Assembly: GCA_048885525.1 (NCBI GenBank)
Contig: JBHLLP010000033.1
Span: forward strand, 1-36,069
Direction: 5' to 3'
Origin: Candidatus Hermodarchaeota archaeon
GTDB taxonomy: Archaea > Asgardarchaeota > Lokiarchaeia > Sigyniarchaeales > SOKP01
DNA: 36,069 nt
Shown here: positions 1 through 8,276 of the stretch, one piece after another
Numbering within the stretch: position 1 is the stretch's first letter
How the letters are laid out: every line of letters begins with the position of its first letter
Position numbers and translations under genes: made by a program
The notes under the pieces: generated by a model
Database searches by the model: none
Seen by the model: the letters and a program-made list of their open reading frames with translations, nothing else
Told to the model about the DNA's origin: nothing

Positions 1-1206
1 TACAAAATTTTGAACTTGTTGTATATAATATGCTTGGAAAGCGTGACCAAGTTCATGAGCTAAAGAACGTACCGAAACAATGGTATCTACAAAGTTAACA
101 AAAACGAAACCATATTTTTTTTGTTTTCCATGCGCACAAAAAGCACCTCTATTTTTTCCTTTCCTTGTAGTCGCATCGATATGATTTATTTCAACCATCT
201 TCGAGATAATGTCTTTAAATTTAGGATGAAATTTTTTATCTGCATTCTTAATTAATTCTAAAGCTTCTTCATAGGAATATTTTCTTGTTATTTTTCCAAC
301 TGGAGCATATAGATCAGACATATGTAATTCTGGAAGATTTAGAAGTTCCCTTTTTAGATTGTAGTATTTTTCGACTATAGAATAACTTTCTGTAGTAACT
401 TTTCCACATACTTCTACACTTTCATCACTTACTTCATTTTCCAGATTTCGTCTTGATATAGGTTTATCAAAATTTCTTTTTGCACATTCTAAATCCCAAT
501 CTCTTAAGATATTGTTGTAAATATGGGTGAAAATCATTTCATTTTTCTTGTATTCTGCTACAATTTTTTGTAGAGCTTTGTATCGAAGATCCTTATCCCC
601 CTGATACATAAAAGCAAAAAGTTCTGCTTCAGTTAATTTTTTAACTTCACCATCTACTTCAAAATCAAAAGTAAAATTGCTCTTGAATTCACTATAAAGT
701 TTGATAAAACCTTTTACACCAGTCATATCCTTCATTAAGATGATTTGCTCCTCTTTTTCCGAAAGTTGATGCATTTTTTTCAGCCTATTGAATTTAAGAG
801 CATGAGTATAATTTTCTAACTCTGGAGCTTTTATTAATTCGTCAAATTTATTATCAGAGATTTTATTCAACTCCAGATTAAAAAATAAGAGTTTTTGCTG
901 AATCTGCACTTTAAATTCATCAATTTTAGAAAAGAATGTTTTTATTTCATCGTTAAGATTATTTATACTTAATAGTAATTCGGCATATAGATCGAAATAA
1001 AAAACTTTTTCAGATATTTTTTCATACTCCTTAAACCATTCCATAAATTGATTAGGTGTAAGTGACGGATCTTCAAGCTTGCCTTTAACCTTTTGATAAA
1101 ATTTTTCAGCCAATGTTTGTATCTCTTGAATATCTGTTTCAATTAAGGGATCATTGATATCTGTATAGAAATCACTTAAATCCCATTTGATGATTTCTTG
1201 AGTCAT
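1..1206 (-). CDS. pepF: Oligoendopeptidase F (M3B zinc peptidase), 3' end runs off the window
   Basis: Not in the ORF track. Manual translation from ATG at 1206 gives MTQEIIKWDLSDFY..., open to the window edge, with W-D-L N-terminal motif, DLYAP, KGKNRGAFC and zinc motif AHELGHA (nt ~60-40). Confidence 0.9.
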   Translation of the reverse strand, partial: MTQEIIKWDLSDFYTDINDPLIETDIQEIQTLAEKFYQKVKGKLEDPSLTPNQFMEWFKEYEKISEKVFYFDLYAELLLSINNLNDEIKTFFSKIDEFKVQIQQKLLFFNLELNKISDNKFDELIKAPELENYTHALKFNRLKKMHQLSEKEEQIILMKDMTGVKGFIKLYSEFKSNFTFDFEVDGEVKKLTEAELFAFMYQGDKDLRYKALQKIVAEYKKNEMIFTHIYNNILRDWDLECAKRNFDKPISRRNLENEVSDESVEVCGKVTTESYSIVEKYYNLKRELLNLPELHMSDLYAPVGKITRKYSYEEALELIKNADKKFHPKFKDIISKMVEINHIDATTRKGKNRGAFCAHGKQKKYGFVFVNFVDTIVSVRSLAHELGHAFQAYYIQQVQNFV

Positions 1207-1342
1207 AAAAGAGAAAGTAAACTAGTATTATATGAAGTTTACTAGGATTGAATATTGGATTTGTAATTTTAAGAATCTATTGTCTCAATATTATTATCAA
1301 TTCTCTAAAATAAAAATAGTATCTTTACTATTAATACAATTA

Positions 1343-1819
1343 ATGAAGAATTATGAAATACCATTTAATGGAAAAAAAAATAATCCCATTAAAGAGTATG
1401 CTCAAGTAAAGCCAAGCAAAATTCATGGATTAGGATTATTTGCAAAGAAATTAATTCCGAAAGGGACAATCTGGTGGCATGCACGACCACATGACGTATT
1501 GATTATATCAAAAGATCAATTTTTAACGCTTGATTCTTCTCAAAAAACATCTCAAATGAAAGATTTTTTACATTATATTCTCACTTATTCCTATTATGAA
1601 AGAGAAACTGATTCTTTAGTTTTTTGTTTGGATGATTCAAGATTCGTAAATCATTCATTTGATGCCAATTCGGGAGCAACTGAAGATAATAATGGTTTTT
1701 GCTCAATTACTTTAAGGGATATTCAACCAGGTGAAGAAATTACAGAGGATTATTCTAAATATGATTTTTGTTCGTGGCTTCAAAAATATAAAGATTTTTT
1801 TGATCCTAGCTGTTGGTGA
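1343..1819 (+). CDS. SET-domain protein (putative protein lysine methyltransferase)
   Basis: SET motifs SKIHGLGLFA, RFVNHS and LRDIQPGEEITEDY. Start moved from 1232 to the ATG at 1343 (MKNYEIP) because the upstream part looks like AT-rich intergenic sequence. Confidence 0.85.
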   Translation: MKNYEIPFNGKKNNPIKEYAQVKPSKIHGLGLFAKKLIPKGTIWWHARPHDVLIISKDQFLTLDSSQKTSQMKDFLHYILTYSYYERETDSLVFCLDDSRFVNHSFDANSGATEDNNGFCSITLRDIQPGEEITEDYSKYDFCSWLQKYKDFFDPSCW

Positions 1820-1858
1820 AACACTATATAACTCAATATATACTATAAAAATAAATTC

Positions 1859-2091
1859 CTATAATTCTGAAGATAAGGTTTTATATTTAGAATATAATTT
1901 CTCGATAATAGCCTTAAATGCATCATAAACTCCTTTTCCTGTTTTTGCTGAAGTTATATAATATCCGAGAAAATTTCGCCTTTTTAGAACTTCTTGAATT
2001 GGAGATTTATCAAAATTATCTTCTTTGATTAAATCAACTTTATTGGCAAACATAACAATGGGAATATCTCCACAATACTGTTTTATATCAT
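1859..2091 (-). pseudogene. 3' remnant of a Rab-like small GTPase (G4/G5 only)
   Basis: DIKQYCGDIPIVMFANKVD...YYITSAKTG...LSSEL closely matches the C-termini of the GTPases at 3824 and 11927. Similarity stops at ~2091; G1-G3 are absent and the frame is closed by a stop near 2165. Confidence 0.85.
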
Positions 2092-2189
2092 AAAACCCTC
2101 TGTTTCTGGTTGAAAAAATATAAACAATAGTTTGATCCTTGTTGTTGGTGAAATTATTTTTTATTTAAATCTTAATTTTTCTAACTTTC

Positions 2190-3707
2190 TCATTTCTTAC
2201 CTTTATCAAATTTTTTTTCTTCCACAAATTCTTTATATGATTTGACTGGCTTTAAATAGTCAATTGGAAATTCGCATGCCCAGCACACATTTTCCAAATC
2301 CGTAATTGCTCGAGCACAATCTTCGCAATAAATTGCACCACAATCACATATATATGTGAATCTTGAAACTTGTCCTCTACACACTAAGCAAATTTTGGTT
2401 TCTTTAGATACTACCACTTTCTCTTCTGAAATGAACACTGGTAACAGCGCCCGTTTCTCAATAATTTCTTCAATTTGTTCATTTAATCGAGCTAATTTTA
2501 TACGTTCATCCATTGGGGCTCCCATTTCCTTTAACTTTTCCCATACTTCTGTTTGTTTTAATAATTTAGTTTGTTCGTCTGCAATCTTCTCTGCTACTTC
2601 TGTGTACCCAAACCTTTCAGCTATTTTCTGAGCTTGAGTTAGAAAACGTTTAGCTTTCTTTAATTCAGCTGTTAATAAAGAGAGTTTTCCCTGTAGAAAG
2701 TAAGTTTGAGCTAAAATTAAATACACATGTTGTTTTTCAGCAATTTCTAATAACTCTTGTATAAATGGTTGTATCTCACCTATTATTTCTGGGTCATTAG
2801 TTATTCGAAGTTCAATTAAAAATAAATCACACAGATCTATTATCGCTTTAATCCGTGTTTCAACAATTATAGTTTTATCCATAGCTAATTCTATTAATAA
2901 ACCTTCTGCCTTAACACGGTCTCTTGCTCGTAGACTTGATTTTAATACCATAGCTTTTGAATGACGATAACGGATTTTGTTAATCTCAGTATCAATACTC
3001 TCTGTAAGCTGCCGTGATTGTTCAAGGTAAACCTTTGCTTCATCAATATCTCCCTTACTGATAAAGATATCAATTAATGTTCCCAATGCGATTGATAATA
3101 CAGGTTTATAATTAATCTTAACAGCTTCTTTAGCATAGAATATTGCCTTATCATATTCTTTTATCCAAATGTAGTTATCAGCAATATTATTAAGACTAAT
3201 AGAAATTAGTTCTTTATTACTTGTAGCTTTTGCAAGTTCGTAAGCCTCTTTATTAAATTCTAAAGAACGTAGAATTTCTCCTTTCCAGCTATAAATATTA
3301 GCTTTTATCCTTACTAATGACGATTCTCTTTCTCTTAAGTCTATTGTATATGTTTGTTTAATCACTTTAAAGAGATCCTCTGCTTGCTTAATTAAATCTT
3401 CACTTTGACTTATGTTTCCCATTATAATATGTCCAAATGCTTGATTAAGCAAAGAATCAAAAGAAAAGAGTAAAGCTCCTTGCTTCTGACTTTCTTGAAA
3501 AATTTCTTCAGCATTTTTAATAGCATCGAAGTAGTTTCCTAACTTATATAAAAGCTTAACTTTTAATAATTTGCACGAAAGCAATTCTTGAGGAGATAGA
3601 ACATTTCGTTTTTCTATTTCCAAAACTATTTGGAAGGGTTCCTTAACTTTGCCCTCTTCCATAAGTTGTTTTACTTGTATCAATTTTTTATTTTCAAAAT
3701 TAGACAT
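2190..3707 (-). CDS. TPR-repeat protein with C-terminal C4C4 RING-like zinc finger
   Basis: Helical TPR-like repeats. C-terminal CLVC-x10-CDCGAIYCEDC-x10-CWAC has eight Cys with NOT4-like C4C4 RING spacing. Confidence 0.8.
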   Translation of the reverse strand: MSNFENKKLIQVKQLMEEGKVKEPFQIVLEIEKRNVLSPQELLSCKLLKVKLLYKLGNYFDAIKNAEEIFQESQKQGALLFSFDSLLNQAFGHIIMGNISQSEDLIKQAEDLFKVIKQTYTIDLRERESSLVRIKANIYSWKGEILRSLEFNKEAYELAKATSNKELISISLNNIADNYIWIKEYDKAIFYAKEAVKINYKPVLSIALGTLIDIFISKGDIDEAKVYLEQSRQLTESIDTEINKIRYRHSKAMVLKSSLRARDRVKAEGLLIELAMDKTIIVETRIKAIIDLCDLFLIELRITNDPEIIGEIQPFIQELLEIAEKQHVYLILAQTYFLQGKLSLLTAELKKAKRFLTQAQKIAERFGYTEVAEKIADEQTKLLKQTEVWEKLKEMGAPMDERIKLARLNEQIEEIIEKRALLPVFISEEKVVVSKETKICLVCRGQVSRFTYICDCGAIYCEDCARAITDLENVCWACEFPIDYLKPVKSYKEFVEEKKFDKGKK

Positions 3708-3823
3708 TTATTCAAAAAACTTGTTACACTAAATCTTATTTAGATATATTTTCTATTAAAGCTAATTTGTATTTTAAATGTGATGTAAAATACAATTATC
3801 CATTTAAAATAAAAATTAAAGTC

Positions 3824-4378
3824 CTATAATGCTGAAGATAAAGCTTTATATTTAGAATAGAGTTTATTAATGATAGCATCGAAAGCATCATGAACTCCTT
3901 GCCCCGTTTTCGCTGAAGTTATGTAGTATCCGAGAAAATTTCGCTCCTTTACAAGTTCTTGAATTGAAGATTTATCTAAATTATCTTCTATGATTAAATC
4001 AACTTTATTGGCAAATAAAACTACAGGAATATCACTACAATATTTTCTCAATTCATCATGCCAATTCTTTATATGAAGAAAACTATCTTTTCCTAATTCG
4101 TTTACTTCAAGGCTAAATACAATAATAGCGGCTCTACTTTCTTTATAAAATAAAGGGTGTAGAAAATTAAAATCATCTTGACCCGCTATATCCCAAAATA
4201 TTAAATTAATTATATTTCCCTCAATTTCTTTATCATATCTTGAAAATTGAGCACCCATAGTCTTAACATAATCTTTTTCAAAAGTACCTTTTGTAAATTT
4301 TTTAATTAATGATGTTTTACCAACTCCTCCATCTCCTATTATGGAGATCTTAAATCCAAACTCTTTAGAATTAGTCAT
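3824..4378 (-). CDS. Rab/Ras-like small GTPase
   Basis: G1 GDGGVGKT, G2 Thr (YVKTMG), G3 WDIAGQ, G4 NKVD, G5 TSAK. ATG at 4378 gives 184 aa like its paralog. No C-terminal prenylation Cys. Confidence 0.93.
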   Translation of the reverse strand: MTNSKEFGFKISIIGDGGVGKTSLIKKFTKGTFEKDYVKTMGAQFSRYDKEIEGNIINLIFWDIAGQDDFNFLHPLFYKESRAAIIVFSLEVNELGKDSFLHIKNWHDELRKYCSDIPVVLFANKVDLIIEDNLDKSSIQELVKERNFLGYYITSAKTGQGVHDAFDAIINKLYSKYKALSSAL

Positions 4379-4420
4379 TAAATCCGATAATCTCAAATTA
4401 TATTATATTTTCAATGTAAA

Positions 4421-4449
4421 ATTAGATATTGTCTAATATAAAATTTTAG
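4421..4449 (-). promoter_or_regulatory. GTPase promoter: TATA-like box plus ATTAG-N7-CTAAT palindrome
   Basis: attagatattgtctaatataaaattttag here versus attagaattatactaatttaaaattttag at 12518, upstream of the other GTPase. Confidence 0.5.
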
Positions 4450-4477
4450 GATTAAAAATTATTCATTAATTCTCAAG

Positions 4478-6436
4478 CTATATTTCACTAAATATTACAC
4501 TTTTTGTGATAAATGTCTTTGTTATTAAGGATTCAAGTGACGGGATATCCTTCAAATGAATAGACTGATTTACTTTAAAGGATTTAAGTAAACTGTGCCA
4601 AATATCTTCCACTTGAATGTGATCAATAAAGTAATTTAGTTTTTGAAGAGCATAATAGGAATCACCTTTATAAATATAAGAAATAAAAAAAGGTGGAATG
4701 GATTTTAGAAGAAGAGTATGTTCTCCGAAAATTGCGCGGTCTAATCCTTCTGAAAACATTTCCCTAATAAAATAATCAATAGTTGTTAAAAACCCGCTAA
4801 AAAGGTGCGATTCAAAAGATTTTTGATCGATAAATGAATGGGAGAATATAAGTGTGCCACCTTCTGTTATGATAAAAATTGAGACAGGTTCTTCTTCTGA
4901 GATCTGTGGGAGTTTAGTCATTCGTTTTCTTACCATATTCTCCATTTGCTCATTCAAACCTGCGAGCTTCCAGCGTTCAGATAAGGATGATTCTGATTCT
5001 TTTAGATTCTCCCAGATCTTTAATTGTGTAAGTAACTCATCATGCTCGTGTGAAATTTTCATTGCTAATCGTTTTATACCGTGTAATTCCGCAATCTTTT
5101 GAGCTTGAGTTAAAAATCGTTGAGCTGCTTTCATATTAAAATTTAGTAAAGCTAATTTGGCTTGTAATATGAAAGTTTCGCAAAACACTAGATAAGAATG
5201 TGAATTCTCTGCTAATGTTAATAATTTAGCAATATAGTGATTAAGTTCATCAAGTACTTCATTATTATTATTTATACGAAACTCGGTAAGAAGTAAGTCA
5301 CAGAGATTGATAGATGCATATATAGTCGTTTCATTTATTATTTCTTTTCCAATGATTTCTTTCAACAACTCTTCTGATTTAGCTTTATCTCGGATTCGAG
5401 AACTTCTCTTTAGCATTAAAGCTTTATTATATTGGTAAAGCAAGTCAAGACGATGATCGTTTTGTTGATTATACAAATTTTCTAGGCGTTGAAAATATTT
5501 TTTGGCAAGTTCAGTATCATCCTTTTCGAGAGCTAATGCTATCAAACCATCAATAGGGGCGGATATATTAGAAATACTAAAAGGAATATCCTCATAAAGT
5601 TGTACACTTTGTTCCAAATATTCCAAAGCAAGATCATAATTACCCTTATAATAGTAACTACTTCCAATATTGTTTAATACTATAGCAATCCAATAATTAC
5701 TTTTCATTGTTTTAAATAACTTTAAACACTTCAAATGAAGGTTCAGACTAATGTCAAACTCACCTATAGATGAATAAATCACCCCAATACCGATTTGACA
5801 ATAACCAATCCAAAAGTGGCTGAATTTAATTTCCTTTGCTAGTGACAATGCTTTCTTGGCGTATTCCATAGCAATATTATATCTAGCTTTTACTTGAAGC
5901 ATTATTCCAGCCATAAGCAGATTAGCCCAAACAATTTCGAATGATACATCAAGTTCTTCTTGTGAATCTAAGATCCATTTAATGCATTTCTCTGCTAAGT
6001 TCATATTGCCAACATAAAAATGGGTCCAAGCTTTTAACACATTTAAACGTATTTTTCTTTGGAGTAGAATTGTTTTCGATACATTAGAGACAAGTCTTAA
6101 TAGATCTTCAGCTTTTTCAATTTGTTTTACCGCTTCTTCAAGTTTATTTACTTGTGTTAATCCAAATATAATAAAAATTAATCCATCAAATGATTGAAGA
6201 TTATTATTAACTTGTTGACCTTCTTTACATATTTCTTCACCCAACTTAATAACTTCTTCACCGTTGTTCATATATACAAGAATTAAGCCTTTAAGAAACT
6301 GAAAATAACTTTTCTGTTGAAGATTAAGCCCCTCATATTGACTTATATCATTTAATATTTCAAGAGCTTTATCCAGTTTCCCAGCATCAAAAAGTTGTTC
6401 CGCTCTAGTTAACTGATTTTGCTCTGGATGAGACAT
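4478..6436 (-). CDS. TPR-repeat protein with C-terminal longin-like domain (divergent paralog)
   Basis: TPR repeats (e.g. VLNNIGSSYYYKGNYDLALEYL). C-terminal ~130 aa IFIITEGGTLIFSHSF...HLFSGFLTTIDYF...FGEHTLLL fits the longin beta-beta-alpha-beta-beta-beta-alpha pattern. Confidence 0.8.
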   Translation of the reverse strand: MSHPEQNQLTRAEQLFDAGKLDKALEILNDISQYEGLNLQQKSYFQFLKGLILVYMNNGEEVIKLGEEICKEGQQVNNNLQSFDGLIFIIFGLTQVNKLEEAVKQIEKAEDLLRLVSNVSKTILLQRKIRLNVLKAWTHFYVGNMNLAEKCIKWILDSQEELDVSFEIVWANLLMAGIMLQVKARYNIAMEYAKKALSLAKEIKFSHFWIGYCQIGIGVIYSSIGEFDISLNLHLKCLKLFKTMKSNYWIAIVLNNIGSSYYYKGNYDLALEYLEQSVQLYEDIPFSISNISAPIDGLIALALEKDDTELAKKYFQRLENLYNQQNDHRLDLLYQYNKALMLKRSSRIRDKAKSEELLKEIIGKEIINETTIYASINLCDLLLTEFRINNNNEVLDELNHYIAKLLTLAENSHSYLVFCETFILQAKLALLNFNMKAAQRFLTQAQKIAELHGIKRLAMKISHEHDELLTQLKIWENLKESESSLSERWKLAGLNEQMENMVRKRMTKLPQISEEEPVSIFIITEGGTLIFSHSFIDQKSFESHLFSGFLTTIDYFIREMFSEGLDRAIFGEHTLLLKSIPPFFISYIYKGDSYYALQKLNYFIDHIQVEDIWHSLLKSFKVNQSIHLKDIPSLESLITKTFITKSVIFSEI

Positions 6437-6644
6437 ATACTCATTTGATTTGGATTATAACTTTATGAATATAATAAGCTAATTACAATATTAAACCTAA
6501 TGCTTAATGAATCGTTTTCTTAATAAAAATCTCTTTTTTGAGAGGCTCTAAAGAAGCGCCATATTTCTTCTGAGTTTCCTTATTCTATTATTGAGAGATT
6601 TTCTTTGAAATAATTATTAAGGTTTATATAGAAAAAAAAAGAAG

Positions 6645-6727
6645 TATAGAATGGAGGAATATTGGTTTATTGTTGCATTTCATCTGGAAGTATTTACTCT
6701 AACAACCTAACTCCTCCATTTTCTATA
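6645..6727. other. Long imperfect inverted repeat (3' UTR hairpin or terminator of the 6752-7444 gene)
   Basis: tatagaatggagga (6645-6658) pairs with tcctccattttctata (6712-6727); a U-tract follows on the minus strand (6632-6640). Confidence 0.5.
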
Positions 6728-6751
6728 TTTTAATTTTAAATTAAAACAATT

Positions 6752-7444
6752 TTACTCAATGATCACAGATTCAACTGGCCATATAAATTCTCCCGTAGCT
6801 GGATTTAAAAATCCAACCTGGTTAACTTCAACTGTCCCTTCTCCCCCTTCAGTTATATATCCCTCCCCTACGAAATGTGTATACGTCAACTCTGGAACTG
6901 GTTCATCTGGATAAGGCCAAAAGCCAAATCCCGCACCAAGTATCTCAAAAAGGGATGGGATTTTTCCTACTTCTAATATATTATATAAAGACTCTGTATT
7001 GAAAAGAATCCTACATTGGAAATAGTACTCCATCGTGCCATTATATATTGGAGGATAATATATATACCCTGGAGAATTGGGGTAGAAAATCATAAAGGGT
7101 ACTTCTTTGACATGTATATTTATTGTGATTAATGTATGTTCTTCATCAATAACTCGTTCCTGAATAAATCCTTCATATTGACACTCCCAAACCAACTTAT
7201 GCTCCCAATCTAGGAAATTAAATGGCCAATTTGGTCCAAAAAAACACCATTCAACGGCATGAGGATAAATAGCAAAACCAGACACTGGATCAGCCCAACC
7301 TACAATATTTTCTCCTGCCCAATCCTCTATTGGTCTAATCGTTGTAGTAGCTTGAACTGATGTAGAAAATAAAAGCAGGACAATTCCGATTGTTGCGAAT
7401 GTCATCAATTTAGGCACTAATTTTGTTCTTTTAATATTTATCAA
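6752..7444 (-). CDS. Secreted/surface hypothetical protein with Sec-type signal peptide
   Basis: KRTK...FATIGIVLLLFSTSVQA|TTT signal peptide; beta-rich aromatic mature region. Start uncertain because the TTG at 7444 overlaps an SD-like GAGTTGAT. Confidence 0.75.
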   Translation of the reverse strand: MINIKRTKLVPKLMTFATIGIVLLLFSTSVQATTTIRPIEDWAGENIVGWADPVSGFAIYPHAVEWCFFGPNWPFNFLDWEHKLVWECQYEGFIQERVIDEEHTLITINIHVKEVPFMIFYPNSPGYIYYPPIYNGTMEYYFQCRILFNTESLYNILEVGKIPSLFEILGAGFGFWPYPDEPVPELTYTHFVGEGYITEGGEGTVEVNQVGFLNPATGEFIWPVESVIIE

Positions 7445-7474
7445 CTCTTTTTTTTTTTATTTTTAATTTTAAAC

Positions 7475-7557
7475 TTATCACCGGACACGGTGATCGATAA
7501 AATCTTGAGATTTTATTATATTTATGATTAAGGTTCCGATAAATCCATGGAACATCC
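7475..7557 (-). promoter_or_regulatory. Promoter/leader with 5' hairpin, copy 1 (homologous to 8107-8188)
   Basis: Aligns with 8107-8188 with one gap. Hairpin ATCACCG-gaca-CGGTGAT (7477-7494); shared atcttgaga, TATA-like and ttccgata blocks. Confidence 0.6.
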
Positions 7558-7680
7558 TTTTTTTAATGAAATTTCTATAGGATCGGAATAAATAATGGAA
7601 TAATTCCTGACTACACCCTGGTCTTCATTCTCTAAAAAGAAAAAAAAATTAATTAAGAATATTTTTAATTATAAAATTTA

Positions 7681-8073
7681 TCATTTCTGTTTGATATAAG
7701 AGGAAACACCTAGCACAAAAAGTATACTCATAAAGATTAATCCCATAAAAAATTGAGAGAGAGCAAAAGCTGAAAGTGTTGGGAAAAGTAAGATTAAAAG
7801 CGAAATATTTATGATTATAGTTGGGATAAATATCACGAATAAATATGAGTATATTAATTTAACACTTTCCCACTCTTTTCTACGCAGAATTATTATCGCA
7901 TAAATTGAACAAATCAGGCATATTCCTCCAAATACTCTCGGATCCATCGGATCATACCAACCAACTGCACCTATTAGAAGTTCTGGTATAGTAAGGTACA
8001 TAATTCCATATAACAAGGTAACTATTGTATAAGCTACAAGCCAAATTTTGGTTAACTTTTTTAATTCAGTCAT
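7681..8073 (-). CDS. Small 4-TM membrane protein
   Basis: Four hydrophobic segments, GWYDPMDPRVFGG loop, SD-like GAGTTGAT 6 nt before the ATG. Confidence 0.8.
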   Translation of the reverse strand: MTELKKLTKIWLVAYTIVTLLYGIMYLTIPELLIGAVGWYDPMDPRVFGGICLICSIYAIIILRRKEWESVKLIYSYLFVIFIPTIIINISLLILLFPTLSAFALSQFFMGLIFMSILFVLGVSSYIKQK

Positions 8074-8106
8074 TTTTTTATCAACTCTTTTTTTTAAAGA
8101 TCGGTT

Positions 8107-8206
8107 TTATCACCAATTTAGTGATCAATTATATCTTGAGACTCAGTTTCCTTTATAATTGGGCTTCCGATAGTTCCGTGATAGTTCCAATATAATATGG
8201 AAGTTC
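8107..8206. promoter_or_regulatory. Divergent promoter region with GATAGTTCC direct repeats (candidate operator) and leader hairpin
   Basis: GATAGTTCC at 8169-8177 and 8180-8188 (11-bp period); ATCAC-N7-GTGAT at 8109-8125; lies between divergent genes 8073(-) and 8277(+). Confidence 0.55.
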
Positions 8207-8276
8207 TATGAAATAAATATAAATAGAAAAGAAACCGATCTATAATTTAGAAAAAAAATTTAGTTTTCAAATCATC

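Noticed and set aside
6645-6727. SECIS element
   Set aside because: The adjacent gene has no in-frame UGA and ends in TAA; the AUGA...GA core is not in the expected arrangement.
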